DNA of 47,826 bases from Candidatus Kaiserbacteria bacterium RIFCSPHIGHO2_12_FULL_53_13. GTDB lineage: Bacteria; Patescibacteriota; Minisyncoccia; Phycocordibacterales; UBA2100. The notes beneath the pieces are model-generated. The model searched no databases, was not told the origin of the DNA, and saw only the letters and a program-made list of their open reading frames with translations. Shown here one piece after another: positions 1-7,551 of this stretch (positions within the stretch are counted from its first letter, which is position 1; every line of letters begins with the position of its first letter). Made by a program: the position numbers and the translations under genes. The stretch spans positions 1,788 to 49,613 of the forward strand of contig MFLP01000034.1 of the NCBI GenBank assembly GCA_001781555.1, in the 5' to 3' direction.

Positions 1-31
1 GGGGCGGCGCGTGTTTTCGCACCTTCCGAAT

Positions 32-1264
32 CTATTTATCCGCGCGCGTCCGCATCTCTTCCGCGATCCGCTCGATGACATCCGCGACGGCAAGCGCCCC
101 GATCTTCCCGGCGCGCCCTTCGAGCGTCACCGTCTTCGCGTTCGCTTCTTCATCGCCCACGACCGCGAGGTAGGGGATTCTTTGCATCTTGCCGTTCCTT
201 ATGCGCTTGCCGAGCGTGTCTGCGGAATCGTCAAGAAGAACCCGGATATCCGCGCCTTTCAGCACATCGAACACCTCGCGCGCATAATCCGCGTGCTTTT
301 CCGAGACGGGGAGTATCTTCACCTGCGCCGGCGAGAGCCACACGGGGAGCGCCCCGTTCAAGTGTTCGAGTATGACCGATAGGAAGCGCTCGATAGAGCC
401 CATGATGGCCGCGTGGATCATCACGATACGCTCCTTCTCGCCCTTCTCGTTCACGCACGTGAGGTCGAAACGCTCCGGCATGTTCATGTCGAGCTGTATC
501 GTCGCCACTTGCCACTGCCGCCCCAAAGAATCGTTCGCCATGAAATCGAGCTTGGGGCCGTAGAATGCCGCTTCACCCGGACTTTCGACGACCTTCGCTT
601 TCTTCTCGCGCGCGATCTCGCGCAAAATGTCTTCCGCAGACGTCCAGCGCTTCTTGTCGCCGAGGTATTTCTCGGGTTCTTTCGGATCGTGGAATGAAAG
701 GCGTACCGAGAGGTCGAAGCCGAACGTGCCGTAGAACTCCTGGACGATGTCCCAGACTTTGAGGAACTCCTCCTTCACCTGCGCCTCGCGGCAGAACGTG
801 TGCGCATCGTCCTGCGTGATGGAGCGGACACGCGAGAGCCCGTTCAATTCTCCGCTCTGCTCGTCGCGGTAGACCATCGTCGTGTTGGTGTAGCGCTGAG
901 GCATCTCGCGGTAGCTCCAGGGCTTGCGCGCGTAGATCTGCGTGTGGTGCGGGCAGTTCATGGGCTTCATGGCGAACTCGTGGCCCTCGCGCGTCGTGAT
1001 GCGGAAGAGATCGTCTTTGAATTTGTCCCAGTGGCCGCTCGTCTCGTAGAGCTCTTTCTTCGTGATGTGCGGTATCTCGACTTTCTCGAAGCCGCGCGCC
1101 TTGCGCAATTCCCACACGAAATCGTCGAGCAGATTCCGGACGAGCGTGCCGCGCGGAGTCCAAAGGGGGAGACCGCTCCCGACCAGATCGGAGAAGACGA
1201 ACAGGTCGAGCTCGCGGCCGAGCTGCTTATGATCCGGGTTTTCCGACGAATGTGTTTCACTCAC
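32..1264 (-). CDS. thrS: Threonyl-tRNA synthetase, catalytic core plus anticodon-binding domain only (no TGS or editing N-terminus)
   Basis: The ORF track gives 32..1321 (429 aa). It carries a ThrRS-type class II core (DHKQLGRELDLF, LPLWTPRGT, FAMKPMNCPHH, RVRSITQDDAHTF) and a C-terminal anticodon-binding domain. The in-frame GTG at 1264 abuts the 3' arm of clamp element E1 and is preferred as the start. ATG 1321 is the longest alternative. Confidence 0.9.
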   Translation of the reverse strand: MSETHSSENPDHKQLGRELDLFVFSDLVGSGLPLWTPRGTLVRNLLDDFVWELRKARGFEKVEIPHITKKELYETSGHWDKFKDDLFRITTREGHEFAMKPMNCPHHTQIYARKPWSYREMPQRYTNTTMVYRDEQSGELNGLSRVRSITQDDAHTFCREAQVKEEFLKVWDIVQEFYGTFGFDLSVRLSFHDPKEPEKYLGDKKRWTSAEDILREIAREKKAKVVESPGEAAFYGPKLDFMANDSLGRQWQVATIQLDMNMPERFDLTCVNEKGEKERIVMIHAAIMGSIERFLSVILEHLNGALPVWLSPAQVKILPVSEKHADYAREVFDVLKGADIRVLLDDSADTLGKRIRNGKMQRIPYLAVVGDEEANAKTVTLEGRAGKIGALAVADVIERIAEEMRTRADK

Positions 1265-1381
1265 CCCGTTAGAAATAGGACGCGGACTATCAGGGTCGGT
1301 ATTTTTTGTTTTTTTGTCCATAGTCTAAAAGTTGCTGGAATATATTAATCCTGTAAGTCCGCTATTTCTAACGGGGCTCAT
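1264..1381 (-). promoter_or_regulatory. Start-codon clamp element E1 (upstream of thrS)
   Basis: On the minus strand a -10 TAATAT (1390-1395) is followed by 8 nt and ATG 1381. The 5' arm CCCCGTTAGAAATAG (1376-1362) pairs 15/15 with CTATTTCTAACGGGG (1278-1264), whose last G is the thrS GTG. A second stem is CGGACT/AGTCCG. The mini-ORF reads MSPVRNSGLTGLIYSSNF* (1381-1325). Confidence 0.8.
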
Positions 1382-1435
1382 AGTTCCCAATATTACAGTG
1401 CTTTCACGCGCTCAACAACAAAAGAGGGGCGCTCG

Positions 1436-1532
1436 GGGATATCGTGTCATTCGGGTCGCTGTCTGCACGTGCTCGCGCAGCGCTCACTCTCGGCCCGTCG
1501 GCCTGCGAGAGACCCTCATAACACGATATCCC
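1436..1532 (+). repeat. Intergenic palindromic repeat, family A, copy 1 (diverged)
   Basis: The outer 12-bp stem is GGGATATCGTGT/ACACGATATCCC. The core TCGCTGTCTGCACGTGCTCGCGCAGCGCTCACTCTCGGCCCGTCGGCCTGCGAGA matches about 45/55 nt of the cores at 14011-14107 and 23385-23481. It lies between dnaE and thrS. Confidence 0.75.
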
Positions 1533-1602
1533 ACTCGCTGTTTATTAATAAAGGATCGATAGACAAAAAGCCCACTTTCAAACCTATCGACAGAATCTCT
1601 TC

Positions 1603-4600
1603 CTACAAAGCTTTTACGCGTTCAATGACAAAACTCGCTTCCCCGTTCCTATCCGAGAATTTTCCTTTTGCCGCCAAGCACGTTCCGACTGAAAGCAAAG
1701 CGCCAGCTTCTTTGAGCACTCGCGGGAAAGCAACTATCTCTACGCCGTCGGAATAATCGGAAAGACGCGCAAAAAGCATCGGCTCTCCGTTTTTCGTCAG
1801 TATCGTCCGCGCGGTATCAAGAAATCCCGCTATGACCGTTTCCACTCCGCGGGGGAATTTTTCTTTTGCTTCTTTAATGGTGGTTTTCTGACGAGAAAGC
1901 TTTTCCCTGTATTTATCGAGCGGGTGTCCGGAAACATAAAGTCCAAGAAGCTCTTTCTCCCACAGAAGCCGCTGGTCTTGGGACGCAGGAGTTCCTTCAG
2001 GAACGTGCAATGTCGCCTTTGCGTGTGTGTCGGCTCCGAAGAGCGACCCCTGGTTTGTCGGGACGTTCACATGCTCGCGATGAAAGTGGAGAAGCACATC
2101 AATGTTGGAAAGCAGGCTCCCGCGTCCGCCAGCTGGCGGAGCGAGCTCGTCCAAGGCTCCGCACTTGATGAGAGATTCAAGGGATTTTTTATTCAGGTTC
2201 TTATCGGGTATACGCCGCAGAAAATCGGCGATATCAGAGAACATCCCGCTTGATTCTCGCGCAGCAATAATAGAATCGGCCACGCCAGTCCCGAAATTCT
2301 TTATAGAGTAGAGCCCGAAGCGTATCGTTGAATCATCAACGACGGTGAAATTACCCTGGCTCTCTTGGACAGATGGCGGGAGTATCTTAAGCCCCATGCG
2401 CGCACATTCGGCGACGACCTCTGCTATCTTTTCCACCTCTCCGGCATCTGCGGTGAGAATTGCGGCCATGTAATCTACGGGGAAATTCGCCTTCATGTAA
2501 GCCGTTTTGTATGAAAGATTTCCGTATGACGCCGCGTGCGCCTTTCCGAAACCGTATGCCGCGAAAGTCTCTATCTGTTCCCAAAGTTTCTGAACAAGCA
2601 CTTCCTTCATTCCGTGCTTGATGCACCCGCGTGTAAACCTTTCTTTTTGCGCGCGCATCTCAATAGGGATTTTCTTTCCCATCGCCTTTCGTAATTTATC
2701 AGCTTCGGTCCAGCTGTAACCGGCAAGCTTTATAGCGAGCATGAGTACATCGTCTTGATACACGATGATGCCGTAGGAATGTTCCAATATCGGCTCCATT
2801 CTGGGGTCCAGATATTTCACGAGGCGCGGGTTGTGCTTGCGTTCGATATAAGCGGGGATAAAGGCCATGGGCCCTGGACGATAAAGCGCCACCATTGCAT
2901 TGATGTCATGAATTCTCTCGGGCTTTAGGTCTACCAGATAGTTGGTGATGCCGCCGCCTGCGAGCTGGAACACGCCAAGGGTCTCTCCGCGGCTCAACAT
3001 CCCGAATGTCTTGGAGTCGTCGAGAGGGAGATGATCCAGGTCTATGTGGACGCCTAGCCGCGCTTCCACCCGGGCGACGGAATCTGCGAGGACGGAGAGG
3101 TTCGTGAGCCCCAAAAAGTCGAATTTCAAGAGGCCCGCTTCTTCCACTGCATACATGTCGTACTGGGTGATCTTCTTTCCGCCTTTCGGGTCGAATTGTA
3201 TGGGGACATATTCGGTGACGGGGGAAGGAGAAATGACAACGCCCGCCGCGTGTACCCCCACATGTCGCGCGTTGCCCTCTATCTTGCGCGCGAGGTCCAG
3301 ACACTCGCGCGCATCAGGGTCTCTCTTGTATAAGTCCGCAAGTTCCGGAACGCTCTCAAGCGAGCTGTCGATGTAGACGGGGAATCCCTGCTTGCCGAAC
3401 GGAATAAGTTTCGCGATAGTGTCGCCGACGCCGTACGGGTGCCCGAGAGCGCGCGCGACGTCGCGCACTGCCGCGCGCGCCATCATCGTACCGAAGGTCC
3501 CTATCTGCGCCACGTGGTCGTCGCCATATTTTTGCCGGACATAATCTATTAGCTGGTCTCGGCGATTGTCGGCGAGATCCATGTCGATATCAGGCGGCGA
3601 CGGGCGTTCCGGGTTCAGAAAGCGCTCGAAAGGAAGCTGGTATTCTATCGGGTTGACCGTCGTTATGCCGGAGAGATAGGAAACCAGAGAACCGGCGGCG
3701 GAACCACGCGTGTTCGTGAGGATGCCTTCTTTGCGCGCGTGCCGCAATAAGTCTGCGACGACGAGAAAGTAAGGCGAATATCCTTTGTCCGCGATAACAG
3801 ACAGCTCGTAATCTACGCGCTCCTTATTTTCTTTCGTTTCTTCTATGCCGCGTTCTTTAAATCCGGCATATGCGAGATCGTGAAGAACACTGTCGTGCGT
3901 TGCTCCATCCGGGACTGGGAATTCAGGGAAAACCCAGGTGCCGAGGTCCAGTTCCAGGTTGCATGCATCGGCGATTTTCGAAGCATTTTCGAGCGCTTCG
4001 GGTAGATCAACGAAACTATTTTCCGCATCCGCACGCGAGATGAATGAGAAATCGCCAGAACTTTCCGCGGAATCGCGGTTCAGGACGCCGCTTGTGCGTA
4101 TCTTGTCGACGAGTTCTCGCGCGAGTGCGTCCTCTTTTTTCATATAATACACCTCATGCGCGGCGACCAACGGGATGCGCAATTCGCGCGCGAGCTTTTC
4201 TATCTTATTCGCCAATGCTTCATGACCGGGAATTTCCGGGTGATGTGTTATCTCCGCATAGCATCCGCCGGCTGGCGGAGCGCCAAAAGTGCGCGCGTAC
4301 CACTCCGCTGATTCGCGCGCGCGTTCTCCAGCATTGTCGCGCAACGCGCGCGCATGCTCGCCGTCCAAAGAGGGAAGTATCGCGATTAGGCCTTCACGAT
4401 GCAGTTCCAAAAGCTCGCGGTCAACGCGCGGACGATGAAAGAATCCCTCAAGATGACTTTTTGAGACGAGCTGTATCAGATTGTGATAACCCGACTTATT
4501 CGAGGCGAGGAGTACAAGCCGGGAAGGACTATCGTCCACGCGATGCTCCTTATCATGCCTTGTGCGGGGCGCAACAAAGAAATCAACGCCTATTATCGGT

Positions 4601-4782
4601 TTTATCCCGCTTTTCCTGCAATTTTTGTAGAAATCTATCGCTCCATAGAGATTACCGTTATCGGTGAGAGCAAGAGCTTTCTGCCCGTCGACCGCGGCTC
4701 CCGCGACAAGGTCGGGAATTTTCGGCAGTGCTTCCAATAACGAGTAGTGTGAATGAGTATGCAAATGTACAAAATCTTTCAT
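1603..4782 (-). CDS. dnaE: DNA polymerase III alpha subunit
   Basis: 1059-aa ORF. It has an N-terminal PHP domain (FVHLHTHSHYSLLEA), a Pol IIIalpha core (GIITVNPIEY, PDIDMD, FDFLGL) and a C-terminal OB region. On the minus strand TATAAT (4794-4799) lies 11 nt before ATG 4782. Confidence 0.95.
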   Translation of the reverse strand: MKDFVHLHTHSHYSLLEALPKIPDLVAGAAVDGQKALALTDNGNLYGAIDFYKNCRKSGIKPIIGVDFFVAPRTRHDKEHRVDDSPSRLVLLASNKSGYHNLIQLVSKSHLEGFFHRPRVDRELLELHREGLIAILPSLDGEHARALRDNAGERARESAEWYARTFGAPPAGGCYAEITHHPEIPGHEALANKIEKLARELRIPLVAAHEVYYMKKEDALARELVDKIRTSGVLNRDSAESSGDFSFISRADAENSFVDLPEALENASKIADACNLELDLGTWVFPEFPVPDGATHDSVLHDLAYAGFKERGIEETKENKERVDYELSVIADKGYSPYFLVVADLLRHARKEGILTNTRGSAAGSLVSYLSGITTVNPIEYQLPFERFLNPERPSPPDIDMDLADNRRDQLIDYVRQKYGDDHVAQIGTFGTMMARAAVRDVARALGHPYGVGDTIAKLIPFGKQGFPVYIDSSLESVPELADLYKRDPDARECLDLARKIEGNARHVGVHAAGVVISPSPVTEYVPIQFDPKGGKKITQYDMYAVEEAGLLKFDFLGLTNLSVLADSVARVEARLGVHIDLDHLPLDDSKTFGMLSRGETLGVFQLAGGGITNYLVDLKPERIHDINAMVALYRPGPMAFIPAYIERKHNPRLVKYLDPRMEPILEHSYGIIVYQDDVLMLAIKLAGYSWTEADKLRKAMGKKIPIEMRAQKERFTRGCIKHGMKEVLVQKLWEQIETFAAYGFGKAHAASYGNLSYKTAYMKANFPVDYMAAILTADAGEVEKIAEVVAECARMGLKILPPSVQESQGNFTVVDDSTIRFGLYSIKNFGTGVADSIIAARESSGMFSDIADFLRRIPDKNLNKKSLESLIKCGALDELAPPAGGRGSLLSNIDVLLHFHREHVNVPTNQGSLFGADTHAKATLHVPEGTPASQDQRLLWEKELLGLYVSGHPLDKYREKLSRQKTTIKEAKEKFPRGVETVIAGFLDTARTILTKNGEPMLFARLSDYSDGVEIVAFPRVLKEAGALLSVGTCLAAKGKFSDRNGEASFVIERVKAL

Positions 4783-4799
4783 ACGGTAGAGCCATTATA

Positions 4800-4934
4800 C
4801 CCGGTTAGTAGAATTTCGGCTTGCCGAAGGCGAGAGCTGAAATTTCCCCATGTGGCTTCAAAGTTGATACTTCGTGGTCGACCTAGCCATATTCTGCGAC
4901 GGCAAAAAACATAAGCCGAAATTACACTACCGGG
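4800..4934. repeat. Imperfect 22-bp inverted repeat in the dnaE/rnhB divergent promoter region
   Basis: CCCGGTTAGTAGAATTTCGGCTT (4800-4822) faces AAGCCGAAATTACACTACCGGG (4913-4934). Each arm sits just upstream of a -10 box: TATAAT for dnaE on the minus strand and TATAAT 4945-4950 for rnhB. Confidence 0.7.
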
Positions 4935-4957
4935 ATAGCAGGGTTATAATAACGCTC

Positions 4958-5587
4958 ATGAGCTTAGGAAAATTTGTCATCGGCATTGATGAGGTCGGTC
5001 GCGGACCGCTCGCCGGGCCTATTTGCGTAGGCGCTGTCATCATGCCGGCCGCTCTTTCGCGGAAGGATTTCCGCGGGCTCAAGGATTCGAAAAAGTTAAG
5101 CGCAAAGCAGCGCGGAGAGTGGGCGGCGCGCGTCCGCGCGGACGCGCGCCTCAGCTTCGCGACCGCAATGGTCGGACCCCGCACAATAGATAAGATAGGC
5201 ATAGTTCATGCCGGGAATCTCGCGGTAGCTCGCGCACTCGGGCGTCTTGCCCGATTTTTCACGGATGTTTCCTTAGAGCACCATCAGGTTTTACTGGATG
5301 CCGGACTTCGCGCTCCTTATTCTTTCAAACATCAAAAAAGTCTCATTCGAGGAGATGAGACAGAGGTCTCTATCGCGCTTGCTTCCATCGTCGCGAAGGT
5401 AAAACGCGACGCGCACATGGAGCGTCTTGCCGCGCGCTATCCCGAGTATGGGTTCGAGCTGCACAAAGGATACGGCACCACTTTTCATATTCGCGCGATA
5501 CGGAGTTTCGGCCCATGCGAACTTCACCGAGAGAGTTTTTGCAGGGGGATTGCCCGTGGGTTGCACGCTCCCGGAAAATCCCTATAA
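4958..5587 (+). CDS. rnhB: Ribonuclease HII
   Basis: RNase HII motifs are present (IGIDEVGRGPLAGP, LKDSKKLS). Start ATG 4958 is chosen over the ORF-track 4874 because TATAAT (4945-4950) lies 7 nt upstream and the family N-terminus begins here. Confidence 0.9.
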   Translation: MSLGKFVIGIDEVGRGPLAGPICVGAVIMPAALSRKDFRGLKDSKKLSAKQRGEWAARVRADARLSFATAMVGPRTIDKIGIVHAGNLAVARALGRLARFFTDVSLEHHQVLLDAGLRAPYSFKHQKSLIRGDETEVSIALASIVAKVKRDAHMERLAARYPEYGFELHKGYGTTFHIRAIRSFGPCELHRESFCRGIARGLHAPGKSL

Positions 5588-5594
5588 TTGAGCC

Positions 5595-5870
5595 ATGGTA
5601 GTACGAATGCGGGCGAATCGCTCCAAGACCGGAATGCGCCGAAGCCATGCGGCGATATCTGGAACACGTCTTTCAAAGTGTGAGTGCGGGAGCCTGCGGC
5701 TTGCTCATCGGGCATGCCCGGAGTGCGGAAAATATAACGGACGCGTAGCTGTTGATGTCGTGGCAAGGACCAAGCGCGAACAACGCCGCGAAAAGAGACG
5801 GACGACGGAAATGCGGGAATCAGGCAAAGATACGGGGAATAAAGAAAAAGAAACTGCCGCAAAAACCTAA
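5595..5870 (+). CDS. rpmF: 50S ribosomal protein L32
   Basis: The N-terminus MVVRMRANRSKTGMRRSH and a CxxC...CxxC zinc ribbon match bL32. TATAAT 5583-5588 lies 6 nt before the ATG. Confidence 0.9.
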   Translation: MVVRMRANRSKTGMRRSHAAISGTRLSKCECGSLRLAHRACPECGKYNGRVAVDVVARTKREQRREKRRTTEMRESGKDTGNKEKETAAKT

Positions 5871-5910
5871 AGGATGGCACTGCCAGTTCTTTCCCTTGAT
5901 CTTTCGTACA

Positions 5911-6843
5911 ATGGCCAACAGACACCTAGCTCGCTCGGTCGTTCTTCAAGTCCTGTTCGAACGTGACTCTTTAGGGGGCGCAATGACGCCGGACGAGGTG
6001 CAATCGCGCCTTTCCGATTATGCAAAGGAATTCGGCGCGCGCGAAAGCGACATGCCGTTCATGAAGGAGCTTCTTCAGATGGTGATAGCTAAGCAAAAAG
6101 AGATAGATGGAGTAATAGAAGTGGCCGCGCCGGAGTGGCCGCTCGAAAAGATCGCCGCAGTTGACCGCAACATCCTCCGTCTCGGGCTCGCGGAGCTTTT
6201 GTATGCCGATAGAAGCCAGGTGCCGGAAAAAGTCGCGATAAACGAGGCGATAGAATTGGCGAAATCATTCGGAAGCGCCTCGTCAAGCAGGTTCGTGAAC
6301 GGTGTCCTCGGCGCCGTGTATGTTGAGTTGGGCGAACCTGGCAAAAATGACGGAGCGGCGCGGAAGAAGGGCGGGAGCAATTCCGGCAAGATGCCGACGG
6401 AGCATTTGGCAGGAGCTGTCGTGTATGCGCGCTCAAAAGGAGAGGTTTATCTCGCCTTCGTTCATGATATTTTCGGGCACTGGACCATCTCAAAAGGGAA
6501 AGTTGAAGAGAACGAAGATGTAAAGGCAGGCGCCATTCGCGAGATAAAAGAAGAAATGAATCTGGATATAGAGATAGTGGAGGAGCTCGGCGTGAATGAA
6601 TATGTGGCGAATGATCAGAAAGTCGACGGTGGCAAAAAACGCAAGCGCGTGACGTATTTTCTCGCCAAGTCGCCGTTCACGGAGCTTCGGCTTGGACCGA
6701 GCGGAGGGCTCGACGATGCGCAATGGTTCCCGCTTTCAGAAGTCGGTAATCTCAATTTTTATGACGACACTCTTAAAATAATCATTCCTGCCATCAACAT
6801 CCTTGCACAGAAGGATAAAAAACAGGCTTCAGGCAAAAAGTAA
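5911..6843 (+). CDS. nusB: NusB antitermination factor fused to a C-terminal Nudix hydrolase domain
   Basis: The N-terminal ~140 aa are NusB-like (MANRHLARSVVLQVLFERD ... AINEAIELAKSFG..SSRFVNGVLG). A Gly/Lys linker follows. The Nudix box GKVEENEDVKAGAIREIKEEMNL is at 6496-6564. Start 5911 is preferred over the ORF-track 5752, which overlaps rpmF. Confidence 0.85.
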   Translation: MANRHLARSVVLQVLFERDSLGGAMTPDEVQSRLSDYAKEFGARESDMPFMKELLQMVIAKQKEIDGVIEVAAPEWPLEKIAAVDRNILRLGLAELLYADRSQVPEKVAINEAIELAKSFGSASSSRFVNGVLGAVYVELGEPGKNDGAARKKGGSNSGKMPTEHLAGAVVYARSKGEVYLAFVHDIFGHWTISKGKVEENEDVKAGAIREIKEEMNLDIEIVEELGVNEYVANDQKVDGGKKRKRVTYFLAKSPFTELRLGPSGGLDDAQWFPLSEVGNLNFYDDTLKIIIPAINILAQKDKKQASGKK

Positions 6844-6849
6844 TAGGAA

Positions 6850-7542
6850 ATGCATATGGACTTCAAGACTTTTGAAACCAGGATAGGATATTCATTTAAG
6901 AACGGAAACCTGCTTGAGCAGGCATTCACCCACCGCTCGTATTTGAACGAGAATCGCGCACCGGGACGCGAACACAACGAGCGCCTGGAATTTTTGGGCG
7001 ACGCGGTGCTCGAGCTCGTCGTGACGGAATTCCTCTACGGCAAATACCCCGATAAGCCCGAAGGCGACCTGACCTCATATCGAGCGGCCTTGGTGAACAC
7101 CGTGAGCATTTCGGACGCGGCGACGAAGCTTGGGATGAATGAATATCTCTTGCTCTCTCGCGGCGAGGCGCGCGACACGGGGCGCGCCAGGGCGATAATA
7201 CTTGCGAATGCGTTCGAGGCGTTAATAGGCGCTCTGTATCTGGACGATGGATATGAGGAGGCAAAGAAATTCATTGCCGCGCAGCTCTTTCATAAGACCG
7301 ACGAGGTGGTCGCGAAGGGACTGTGGCAGGACTCGAAAAGCCGGTTCCAGGAAATTGCACAGGAGAAGGAGGGTATTACTCCGTCGTATGACGTTGTGAG
7401 CCAGACGGGTCCCGACCATGACAAAAACTTCTTGGTCGGCGTTTACATCGGCTCGACGCGCATTGCAACCGGAGAAGGGAGGTCAAAACAGGAGGCAGAG
7501 CAAAAGGCAGCGGAGAAAGCTCTTGCTACAAAGAGGTGGTAA
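6850..7542 (+). CDS. rnc: Ribonuclease III
   Basis: The RNase III signature NERLEFLGDAVLE is followed by a C-terminal dsRBD (GPDHDKNF...GEGRSKQEAEQKAA). ATG 6856 is an alternative start. Confidence 0.93.
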   Translation: MHMDFKTFETRIGYSFKNGNLLEQAFTHRSYLNENRAPGREHNERLEFLGDAVLELVVTEFLYGKYPDKPEGDLTSYRAALVNTVSISDAATKLGMNEYLLLSRGEARDTGRARAIILANAFEALIGALYLDDGYEEAKKFIAAQLFHKTDEVVAKGLWQDSKSRFQEIAQEKEGITPSYDVVSQTGPDHDKNFLVGVYIGSTRIATGEGRSKQEAEQKAAEKALATKRW

Positions 7543-7551
7543 AGTGACGCC

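Noticed and set aside
11-1348. Several long ORFs overlap thrS on the opposite strand or in other frames (11-382+, 231-515-, 413-697+, 573-1163-, 800-1348+, 967-1260-). Similar shadow ORFs lie inside dnaE, smc, glmS, groEL, htpX and other genes.
   Set aside because: They lie entirely within genes that have clear family signatures. They have Arg/Ala/Pro-rich compositions typical of off-frame translation of GC-rich coding DNA and carry no motifs. I treat them as shadow ORFs.
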